From: Octopus vulgaris
Lineage: Eukaryota
Direction of reading: 5' to 3'
Assembly: GCA_951406725.2 (NCBI GenBank)
Contig: OX597816.1
Location: 167,772,001-167,836,000 of the forward strand
DNA length: 64,000 nucleotides
The position numbers were made by a program, and so were the translations under genes. Position 1 is the first letter of the stretch; each line of letters opens with the position of its first letter. The notes under the pieces are model-generated. The model was not told the origin of the DNA and ran no database searches. It saw only the letters and a list, made by a program, of their open reading frames with translations. Positions 13,406-23,771 of this stretch are shown here, piece after piece.

Positions 13406-13670
13406 GAAATAATAATTTAATGTTAATTGAATATACACCATTTTATGAGAAACAAACATTAATGTTTAATAATTAATGTCATAACATTTAATAATGGGCT
13501 CAAATTTCACCCCTTCCTCCAACTTTAAATTTTGAACTTTTTCATCCATTTATTTATCTATCTATCTATTTATCCTTGTCCATTTATTCATAAATTATAT
13601 TTGTCAACTAAATGTGGCAGTCCTATAGAAGACGGCGTTACTGTTGTTTTTAGCCCCAGGAAGACATTCA

Positions 13671-14387
13671 GGATCTTCTCACTTTGACCGGCAGATTTTT
13701 AAAATAATTTCTTTGTAACTAAACACTTTTAAACTTCGTATACTGGTAGAATGTGTTACATTAAACGTTTTTTCTCTTGGATTTCTTGAGAAAATTCCGC
13801 AGAAATTGTATTCACCTCAATAGACGCCATTGATTGGTTGAAATTGCCGAAATGCAAGAAATTTAACAAGAAATAGCTTACAAACTACATTGGATCTTTT
13901 CATTTTGAAGGCCAGATTTTCCTAGTTAACTAAACAATTTGAAACTTCGTATACTGGTAGAATGTGTCAAAAGAAAACATTATTGTAAACAAAATTGAAA
14001 ACAAAATTGTAATTCGTAACTTAAACGTAGTTTAATTTTAAGAATTTTAACCAATGAAATCGCAGCATTCGAGCTTCGAAGATGTTGGGATTTCATTGGT
14101 TAAAATTCTTAAAATTAAACTACGTTTAAGTTATGAATTACAATTTTGTTTTCAATTTTGTTTACAATAATGTTTTCTTTTGACACATTCTACCAGTATA
14201 CGAAGTTTCAAATTGTTTAGTTAACTAGGAAAATCTGGCCTTCAAAATGAAAAGATCTCATAATTTTCTCAAGAAAGCCAAGAGAAAAAAATGTTTTTGT
14301 TACACGTTCTACCAGTATACGAAGTTTAAAGGTATTTAGCTACAAAGAAATTATTTTAAAAATCTGCTGGTCAAAGTGAAAAGATCC
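13671..14387. mobile_element. Merlin-like MITE with an exact 8-bp TSD
   Basis: Termini GGATC...GATCC, inverted repeats of ~125 bp, TSD GACATTCA at 13663-13670 and 14388-14395. GG termini with an 8-bp TSD fit Merlin. Confidence 0.75.
13892..14258. mobile_element. Related near-perfect palindromic MITE nested inside the Merlin-like element
   Basis: Arms of ~170 bp starting GGATCTTTTCATTTTGAAGGCCAGA. Shares AAACTTCGTATACTGGTAGAATGTGT with the host TIR. Confidence 0.8.
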
Positions 14388-14489
14388 GACATTCATATCT
14401 ATCTCTTTATACACATATCTATATACTTATTGAATTTAAAATTTTGAAAACGTAGTTTTTTGTGTAATCGGAATCTCCATCATCTAAAT

Positions 14490-16852
14490 CGGTGGTCCCC
14501 AACCTTTTTCAGCCCAGGGACCATTTTTTACTTGAAAAATTTTCTAGGGACCACTTTTACTTTATGCTGTTCTATTTTCATACCAAAATATTTAATGAAG
14601 AGACAAAATAGACTATTTACACCTTAAAATGTATTTTAGCAAACAAAAGATAAAATTTTAAATTCATTTTAGTAAAAAAAGATAAACACAAAATATCAAA
14701 ATCATTTTTCGTAAAGTCATTCATTTTTAGTCCATTCAGCTAGTGACTAGCTTGATATTGGTGTTTCTGACACAAGATATCATAATCAATTTTAATGAAC
14801 TCATTTAGTCTTGGTCTGATAGTTCCTCTGCTGTTGACATCTAATTTATTTCTTTTTCTACTTAAAATATCTACAACAGATGAAAATGCAGATTCCACCA
14901 TATATGTGGTAGGGAAAGAAATGATGCTTGCTTCTACTTGTTGAAAAATATTTGGGTGTGATTCCTTTATCGATATATAGGCAAAGACACCTTCTTTTTC
15001 AACTCTTCTTCTCAGTTTCATATTCTCAGCCAACTCAAAATTTTCATCTCTTGGCTCATAATTTTCTAGGTCTACAAACCAGTGGATAATCCATCTTTTA
15101 TAAATCTTTGTATCTTCTCTCAAAGTCTACATGAAGACTTCAAGATAGGCAATGCATTCTAATGTAGGAACAGTGGTGTTAAAATTTTGAAACGATGCCA
15201 ATTTTTTTCAAACTGTTTTTTCCAAAATTTTAATTTCCCCATATACCCTTTTATCTTCTGAGAACAGGTGACCAAATCTGATTTTCTACCTTGCAGCTCT
15301 AAGTTAAGCAGATTCACTGTTTTAAAAATATCACTCAAGTAAAATATTTTTGATTTAAGCTCAGAAAGTTTTTCCAAAGTTTTCTTAGCTGCATCAGCTT
15401 GCTTCTTGGAGTTGTAATGAGTCATCTGACTCTTGAACATGAGAAAGTTGATTAATGGTTCCCACGAATTCACTAGTTTTTCAAGGCTCACACCCTTTGA
15501 CAATCATCTAACTTCTGTGTGAAGCAATAGGGTTTTAAAATCTTAATCTTCACAGAATTGCATAAAAAAACTATTATTCACTGATTTTGATTTGACAAAG
15601 TTAACTGCATGTACGGCAGTGTTGAGTGCTTTTTCCATGAGTCCTTCAATTTTCATAGCAATCAGATGCTGTCTGTGGCTAATGCAACGTATATAAAAAA
15701 ATGTGAGGAGCAACTGATTTCATTCTAGAAACAAAGCCTTTCACTTTTCCAGTCATGGCTGCAGCTCCATCTGATGCAATGTTGGTCAAATTAGTCAATG
15801 GAATATTTTTATCATTAAAATACTGCATTACTTCATTGAAACTATCTTCTCCATTAGTAGTTTCAGACAAACTTTTAATGAATAACATTTCTTCCCTTGT
15901 ATCATCTTCATGGATGAATCTGACATAGACCAGAAGGATAGCTTGGTTATGAATTGTGCTGTCATCAACCTGGATAGAAAAATTTGTTTTGGAGAATTTC
16001 CACAATCTTCTCCTCAACAAAATTAGACATTTCATTCTGTCTTCTTGTAACTGTGTTATTTGAAAGTGGAATTGTACACAGAGTAGATGTAGCATCTTTT
16101 TCCAGAACCTTATTTGCACAAGCTATCATAGTAGGCTTGACAAGTTTCTCACCTTAAATCTGAGGTGCTGCAACCTTGGCAATAATTTCAGAGACCATAT
16201 AACTTGGTTTGAGTGTCTTTGCTTTTTTCAGTATTTATCTTCTTTACAAAGTCGGGTAGTTTGGTTGGCTGTATTTTCTTTTTATTCTCAAAATATTCAC
16301 TAGCTTTACCAACAGATGATGGATGCCTTAATTTCTGGTACTGCTTCAACTTAACTTTCTTCATGAAATGATTTGTCATGATGACATCACATAGGTTTTG
16401 AGTTTACAGATACAAAACCAAACATGATAAAATCTTCTTTGTAGTTCCTCTGTTTTACCATTTTAGCAGATGGTTCAGACATTATTACAACGGATCTTTA
16501 AAAAAACAAAAATAATAAATACTTTATTTCTATAAATTAAAAGTATCAAATTTATTATTAAACAATATTGTGTAGTGATCTATTAAAAATATCAAATTTA
16601 TTATGAAACTGTTGTGATTGTAAAATTTAAAGTATGTAATTCTTGATTGTAATATAATATTGATTATATATTATACATTATTGAATTTTGTTTTCTTATT
16701 ATTATTCAGTCTTCATATAAATTATTATTAACTAACAGTGTCTTTATTATTGGACAATATTGTGTAGATCTGAAATGGTTTCAATTTTTTTTATGGCTAC
16801 GAATTCTCTGGGGACCACTGTTGGGCCCCAGGGACTACGTTGGGAATCACTG
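14490..16852 (-). mobile_element. Full-length hAT (Buster-subfamily) DNA transposon
   Basis: TIRs CGGTGGTCCCCAAC / GTTGGGAATCACTG. TSD ATCTAAAT (14482-14489) / ACCTAAAT (16853-16860), of the nnnTAnnn type. Confidence 0.9.
14740..16400 (-). pseudogene. Disrupted Buster/ZBED8/SCAND3-like transposase
   Basis: Motifs FSIQVDDST, IASDGAAAMTG, LLHTEVR*LSKG, YLSDIF and FPTTYMVESAFS are spread over four ORF pieces with frameshifts and stops. Confidence 0.9.
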
Positions 16853-17534
16853 ACCTAAATCATAGGGAAACAAATTTCGAAAAAGTTCAAAATTTTAAGG
16901 GGGAGGGAGGGTATAGTGTTTTTTTTTTGTTTTTTTTTTGTATTTTTTTTTTGTATATTCGTCATCTCCGACATCTAAAACGTATGGATCCGAACATTTC
17001 TTTTTCGAAAAAATGCATTTTTCACGGAGAGGTGCGAAACTGCCTTAGCCCACATTTTCTAGAAATTAATAATAATAATAATAATAAAAGTTACAATCCG
17101 GTAAAATTATGTGATTTTAACAAATCGTAGCCTCAATTGCAGAATATATCGGAAATCGTGACTTGTTTGTCCCCAAGGGAACAGCACACACGAAGCTTTC
17201 ACGTGCTCTTATGATCTGCTAGAAATAGCGAGCCAAATCTATCTTAAACTACGCGTAACGTCTAAAAAAAAAAATGCAAGAAGTAAAAAGTTTGAAAACC
17301 AAGTGATCGAGAGAAATTTAACAAGGTCATCCTGCTGTTCTATACTTGTACAACAACGATTTGATTATTAAATTTACAAGCTGCAATATAAAACTGAAAG
17401 TAGAACGTGCTGGTGTGTATACAAATTGCTGTCAATTAAACGAAGGGAAGAAACAGGGTAATTCGATATTCCAATTACCTCCCTTGCATCAGAAAAGAAA
17501 AAAACTTCTAAACTTTAGTATAAAAGAAATACAT

Positions 17535-17962
17535 TACTCTTTTACTTGTTTCAGTCATTTGACTGTGGCCATGCTGGAGTACCGCCTTTTTTTTTTTTCT
17601 TAGTCGAGGAAATCTACCCTAGGACTTATTCTTTGTAAGCCTAGTACTTATTCTATCGGTCTCTTTTACCGAACCGCTAAGTGACGGGGACGTACACACA
17701 CCAGCATCGGTTGTCAAGCAATGCTAGAGGGACAAACACAGACACACAAACATATACATACACACACACACACACACACATATATACATACATATATACG
17801 ATGGGCTTCTTTCAGTTTCCGTCTACCAAATCCACTCACAAGACTTTGGTCGGCCCGAGGCTATAGTAGAAGACACTTGCCCGAGGTGCCACGCAGTGAG
17901 ACTGAACCCGGAACCATGTGGTTCGTAAGCAAGCTATTTACCATACAGCCACTCCTGCGCCT
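17535..17962 (-). mobile_element. tRNA-derived SINE, family A
   Basis: Full family A structure. Confidence 0.85.
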
Positions 17963-17969
17963 ATATTTA

Positions 17970-18220
17970 CATTATTTACATTTGACGGATATTTGTCCTC
18001 ATATTGTGTGTTATTAACACAACGTTCCGTTTGATGTACTCTCCATCCTTCATCAGGTGTCTTGGGGTAATTTCAAAATTGGCTTCTCATTCCTAAGGTT
18101 CGAAATCCAGGTTCGAAATTTCCCCAAGACTCATGATGAAGGCTGGAGAGGATATCAACCGAAACGGTGTGGTTAACAACAAACAAGATGAGGACAAATA
18201 TCCGTCAAATGTAAATAATG
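17970..18220. mobile_element. Inverted pair of Penelope-like terminal repeats with degenerate hammerhead cores
   Basis: Inverted arms of ~110 bp. Right arm: aTGATGA-AGGCTG...CAACC-GAAACG. Left arm (minus): CTGATGA-AGGATG...CAAAC-GGAACG. Confidence 0.65.
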
Positions 18221-18678
18221 CACATAATTCCGTTAAGGTTTCTACTAATTTAATTTGAATGCTTTAAAAACAACGATTTTTATAATGTTTTTCCACTCAA
18301 TAAACGTCAAATTTATGAGGCCTGTCATTATTTTCGTCACCCATCCACAGACACACACACACACACACAACGCACAAATTCACATGTGTACGTGTACACA
18401 GGCGTATACATAAATGCACGCATGCATGCATATTTGATTTATGCGAATATAAGTCATTACCTGTTAAATAAGAAATGTATCAATTCAGTTAAATATATAT
18501 TTGTGTGTGTGTGTACTTTTATTTATAGATTTTTTTGCCGATGTAAAAATAGCCGGTTGCTAACCTAGATCCAAGTGTCCTTCACTGGAATTTCAACATC
18601 AACAAGGTATTTGTGCATGTTAGTATGCGTGCAACAATTTGGAATCAATGCACGCAAATACACACATGGATCTGTCTT

Positions 18679-18712
<34 letters not shown>

Positions 18713-18882
18713 TTATAAAATGAGATAGGGGTTGAAAATTCAACCCACCATGGGATAATATATATCCAATATACTGCTAGATAGGTACCCAACAAAATTA
18801 ATACATAGATGTTAAAAATTGTCAAGCAATCAGTTCATCTATTGTATTAAATGGGTAAAGGTAATAATATTACCGTAAATTA

Positions 18883-19261
18883 ATACTACAAAATTAGAGA
18901 ATGGAGAAACATACTTAAATCAGTAAAACATCAACTATCCGATGATACTCAATCCATACTTTAATACACCATTACATATGAGTAAAGGCAATATATAAAA
19001 TGAAATGAGATATAAAGTAATAGTAAAAAGATAAAGAGATATAAGTAAAAAATTTCAAATATAATATGCAAATAAATCACATATTATATTTGAAATTTTT
19101 TACTTATATCTCTTTATCTTTTTACTATTACTTTATATCTCATTTCATTTTATATATTGCCTTTACTCATATGTAATGGTGTATTAAAGTATGGATTGAG
19201 TATCATCGGATAGTTGATGTTTTACTGATTTAAGTATGTTTCTCCATTCTCTAATTTTGTA

Positions 19262-19265
<4 letters not shown>
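18883..19265. repeat. Palindrome with 186-bp arms and an 11-bp loop
   Basis: 18883-19068 is the reverse complement of 19080-19265. The surrounding insert (18711-19265) is bounded by (TA)n. Confidence 0.95.
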
Positions 19266-19314
<49 letters not shown>

Positions 19315-19434
19315 TCTAATTTAATATAATATATATATATATATATATAATTAAGGGTAGAAATTGATATTAGTCAATTAAAACCAGTGGTCTAGCATAT
19401 TAAAAAGAATCCGAAGATTAAAATATTTATGTAT

Positions 19435-19649
19435 ACCAATTGAGGACTGAACACGAAAAGTGGACAGTCAACATGCTAGATATAGACGTCAAATCGCCAT
19501 TCTCCACAAAGAGTGTGTTCTCACATAAAACTCAGCTTTGGTTTTGTGCTGAGTTTTATGTGAGAACACACTCTTTGTGGAGAATGGCGATTTGACGTCT
19601 ATATCTAGCATGTTGACTGTCCACTTTTCGTGTTCAGTCCTCAATTGGT
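19435..19649. repeat. Palindrome with 102-bp arms and an 11-bp loop
   Basis: 19435-19536 is the reverse complement of 19548-19649. Loop TTTGGTTTTGT. Confidence 0.95.
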
Positions 19650-20634
19650 CATCATCATCATCATCATCATCATCATCGTTTAGCGTCCGTTTTCCATGCT
19701 AGCATGGGTTGGACGGTTCTACTGGGGTCTGTGAAGCCAGAAGGCTTCATCAGGCCCAGTCAAATCTGGCAGTGTTTCTACGGCTGGATGCCCTTCCTAA
19801 CGCCAACCACTCCGTGAGTGTAGTGGGTGCTTTTTACGTGCCACCCGCACAGGTGCCAGACAGAGCTGGCAAACGGCCACGAACGGATGGTGCTTTTTAT
19901 GTGCCACCGGCACGAGGGCCAGGCGAGGCTGGCAACGGACACGAACGGATGGTGCTTTTTACGTGCCATCGGCACGAGGCCAGTTGGGGCGGTGCTGGCA
20001 ACGGTCGTGAAACGGAAGGTTCTCTTACATGCCACCGGCACTGGTAACACATCTGCAATTTCCATTGATCGATTTCCATTGATTGATTTCGATTCTGATC
20101 CTCACTTGCCTCAACGGGTCTTCACAAGTAGAGTTTCGACATGCCACCGGCACTGGTAACACATCTGCAATTTCCATTGATCGATTTCGATTCTGATCCT
20201 CACTTGCCTCAACAGGTCTTCACAAGTAGAGTTTTGTGTCCCAAGAAGGGAAGGTATGCATACGTAGGCTGGCTCCATCCCATGTAGAAGGCCACGGGTT
20301 ATGGACTCACTTGTCGTGCCGGGTCTTCTCGCGCACAGCACACTTCCAGAGGTCTCGGTCTCTAGTCATTTCCTCAGTGAGACCTAAAGTTCGAAGGTCG
20401 TGCTTCACCACCTTGTCCCAGGTTTTCCTGGGTCTGCCTCTTCCGCAGGTTCCCTCAACAGCTAGGGTGTGGCACTTTTTCACACAACTATCTTCATCCA
20501 TTCTCGCCACATGACCATACCAGTGCAAACGTCTCTCTTGCACACCACAACTGATGCTTCTTAGGTCCAGCTTTTCTCTCAAGGTACTTACACTCTGCCG
20601 AGTATGAGTACTGACATTACACATCCATCGGAGC
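19650..20634 (-). mobile_element. 5'-truncated RTE-clade LINE with ORF end, modular 3' UTR, (GAT)n tail and TSD
   Basis: ORF 20307-20636 reads MLRWMC...RRLHWYGHVARMD...GRGRPRKTW, an RTE C-terminus. TSD ATTGGT at 19644-19649 and 20635-20640. Confidence 0.9.
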
Positions 20635-20637
20635 ATT

Positions 20638-20677
<40 letters not shown>

Positions 20678-21081
20678 TATAAAATTTTACTGGATAAAAT
20701 TTTTTTGCCAGCTTATTTTGTCTCTGTCTACTCTCCTAGTGCTATATGAACATTTAATGTGGCTTTAGGGTCAGGTTTTGACTGCTATTTCAGCGTGGTG
20801 GTATCTCTCAGATACCCTAATTTATAATTTTAAATAATTTTTACCTTTGTAAGGCTTTTATTCCTATGCTGGCTACCTGATAAGATCGATATTTAAATAT
20901 CGATCTTATCCTTATTTATATATATATGCATATATATACAGACAGATAATCTGACAGATGGACATAGACTTTGTGTCCTTGTTTGTCTACCTATCTACCT
21001 ATCATTTTGCCCTCCTTTCTGGCTACAAAACCAAAACACTACTAAGGAATTTACTGTTGGTTGATTAAAGGGAATGCATAT

Positions 21082-21295
21082 TCTTTTCTACTCTTGGCAC
21101 AAGGCCCGAAATTTTGGGGGAGAGGGCCAGTCAATTAAATCGACCCTGTATGCAACTGGTACTTAATGTATTGACTCCGAAAGGATGAAAGGCAAAGTCG
21201 ACCTTGGCGGAATTAGAACTCAGAACGTAAAGGCAGACGAAATACTGCTAAGCATTTCGCCCGGCATACTAACGTTTCTACCAGCTTGCTGCCTT
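21082..21295 (-). mobile_element. tRNA-like SINE, family C
   Basis: GAAAGGATGAAAGGCAAAGTCGACC...GAACTCAGAAC body. An oppositely oriented copy follows at ~21427-21640. Confidence 0.75.
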
Positions 21296-21390
21296 ATATT
21301 AATTATAAAAATAATGATATTATTATCTTAGGTTAAATAAGTGTTACAGCATATATCATTATCATTATCATCACCATCATCATCATTGTT

Positions 21391-21427
<37 letters not shown>

Positions 21428-22254
21428 AGGTAGAGAGCTAGCAGAATCGTTAAGTGCGCTAGATGAAATGCTTAGCAGTACTTCGCCTATCACTATGTTC
21501 TGAGTTCAAATTCCGCCAAGCTCGACTTTGCCTTTCATCATTTTGGGGTTGATAAATTAAGTACCAGTTGAATATTAGGATCAATATAATCAACCCATCC
21601 CCTAACCCAAAACTGCTGCCCTTGTGGAAAATTTTGAAATTATTATTATTGAGTGAGAGAGCAGTGCATGCCATCAAAGTGACACTGGAGTAAAATATAC
21701 AAAGCCCAGTATACTAATCATGACTACGTGTCTGATAAGGGTACACTAGGCACATGCATCACAACCATATGTGCATGACATGGTGATCTCATATCAAGAT
21801 AAACAGCACATGACCTTGCAGGTGGGGCCCAGTTAGAATTTTCTTCCGGTCAATTAACCCATCTCACTCAAAAGGTCCCTGAATAAGGGTTGTAAAAGGA
21901 TGTTGAACAAAACACCCATGTTTCCAGCGATGAACTATTCAAACCCCAAAGAATCCCTCTCAACACATGGCTATGATGCTCCCCTACTACTTCTGCTTGT
22001 GGTCAGAGATGCACATATCGTCAGCCACTAAGGGACATGCTCAACTGGTTAAGGTCAAACAACTGACAAACAAGCAAATCTGTGATATTGAGCAGAATAT
22101 TTGCTGTATCCCATCTTTTATACCAAGACATAACAATGTACATGATAACACTTCCAATCAGTTAAGATCAGAAGCCATGAGAGCCACTGCCTGGTATTGC
22201 ATCAGGTCATTCATCATCATCATCATCATCACCACCACCACCATCACTACCACC

Positions 22255-22300
<46 letters not shown>

Positions 22301-23026
22301 CTATTGTTATTTAAAACGGGTAAGGTTTTTGTTTTTCTCTCAATTTATTGAATTTATATATTTTAAAAAATTGGGGGGGGGGCAGTATTTTGGCCTGAAA
22401 TGAAAATGTATTTGTTAATAATAATCTTTGAATGTATTTTTCATTTTGGAATTTTCTTTTCTTTCCTTTGTCTTGTTTTTTTGGGGTTTTTTTGGTGGTG
22501 GTCGGGGGGAGATATTTTACTTTGTAAAACAACAAAAACTTAAAAATTAACAAAAGTGACAATCTGATGCAATCACTCTACCTTGAAAATTCAGGAGTGA
22601 ATTAAATGTCATTCAACAACATATAAAAAAATGTATGACAATAACAACACGTTTTTATATTTGAAACCAACACAATTGATCTCAGTCAATATTAGTGTCA
22701 ATATGTGTGTGTGTGTGTGTGTTATAATACAGTTTGACTCAGATCTACGTGTCATAAAGTTTTGTGGGTGTCGTACATAATACATAACTTTAAATCAAAA
22801 ATGTCATCAAATAATATATGTAACCCATACAAAATGTACAACATGCTACTATCTCTTGTTTGTCCTTTTACTTGTGTGTGTGTGTGTGGGATGAAGTTTG
22901 TTTTCTAAGCATAAGTTTCTGGGTTTAGTTCCACTGTTTAGCAACTTTGGCAAGTGTCATCTACAATAGCTCTGGGACAATTAAAGCCTTGTGAGTGGAT
23001 TTAGAAGATGGAAACTGAAAGAAGCC

Positions 23027-23116
<90 letters not shown>

Positions 23117-23148
23117 CCAAAAAATAAGCAACAAGAATGGATCGGTAG

Positions 23149-23234
23149 TTTAGTACAATTGTTTCATACTATAAACATTTTATTAAAGCTGCAAATATTA
23201 CAGCAAATATAATGTCAAGTAATCTTCAGCTAAA
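23149..23234 (-). ncRNA. Type I hammerhead ribozyme motif with long stem II, in a (TA)n-embedded insert (~23115-23390)
   Basis: Minus strand reads TTTAG-CTGAAGA-[stem II with internal GCTGTAA/TTGCAGC hairpin]-GAAAC-AATT-GTA-CTAAA. Stem I is TTTAG/CTAAA and the cleavage triplet is GUA. The first stem II pair is U-U. Confidence 0.6.
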
Positions 23235-23393
23235 TTTCATATAGGTTTTCCAAACATCTTAGAGAGTATAAATATACTTATAAAGTTATTGATGTGAGTT
23301 CCAGGAACTTGAAGTAAGATTCCAAGCAGACCATATATGTATTCCAACAATACAAAGTTCTTAAATTAATTATTGACATCCCAGTGATGTATA

Positions 23394-23466
<73 letters not shown>

Positions 23467-23543
23467 TCAATATGTGACCGCATGTGTATTGTTGGTGATT
23501 TTCTTTCTCCGTCTTCCCTTCTTTGGATCTTTCCTTTTCCTAT

Positions 23544-23578
23544 GTTTCTGACGAAGAGCTCTGCTCGAAACGTTAAAC
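23544..23578 (+). ncRNA. Minimal type I hammerhead ribozyme of a Penelope-like terminal repeat (~23467-23700)
   Basis: GTTT-CTGACGA-A-GAGC-TCT-GCTC-GAAAC-GTT-AAAC: intact core, palindromic stem III (AACGTT) and stem I GTTT/AAAC. Confidence 0.8.
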
Positions 23579-23695
23579 CCTCCTTCTTTCTTTCCTTTCC
23601 TGAGCATCCAATAATATAATATAATGAAATTATTGTATACTATATTTGTTCCACGTCCTCGTGTTGTCGTGTTTTCTCTTTGTTCATGTTTCGAT

Positions 23696-23747
<52 letters not shown>

Positions 23748-23771
23748 CACACACACACATACACACACACA

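Larger units (their letters stand above)
12798..17051. mobile_element. Long-TIR (MULE-like) non-autonomous element hosting nested insertions
   Basis: GGGCTAATGCAATTTCGCCCCTCTCC...(12798) and ...GGAGAGGTGCGAAACTGCCTTAGCCC(17051) are diverged inverted repeats of ~80 bp. Flanks GCATTTTCG / ACATTTTCT match at 7 of 9 positions. Confidence 0.55.

Noticed and set aside
22197-22403. Poly-histidine ORF
   Set aside because: It is a (CAT/CAC)n microsatellite.
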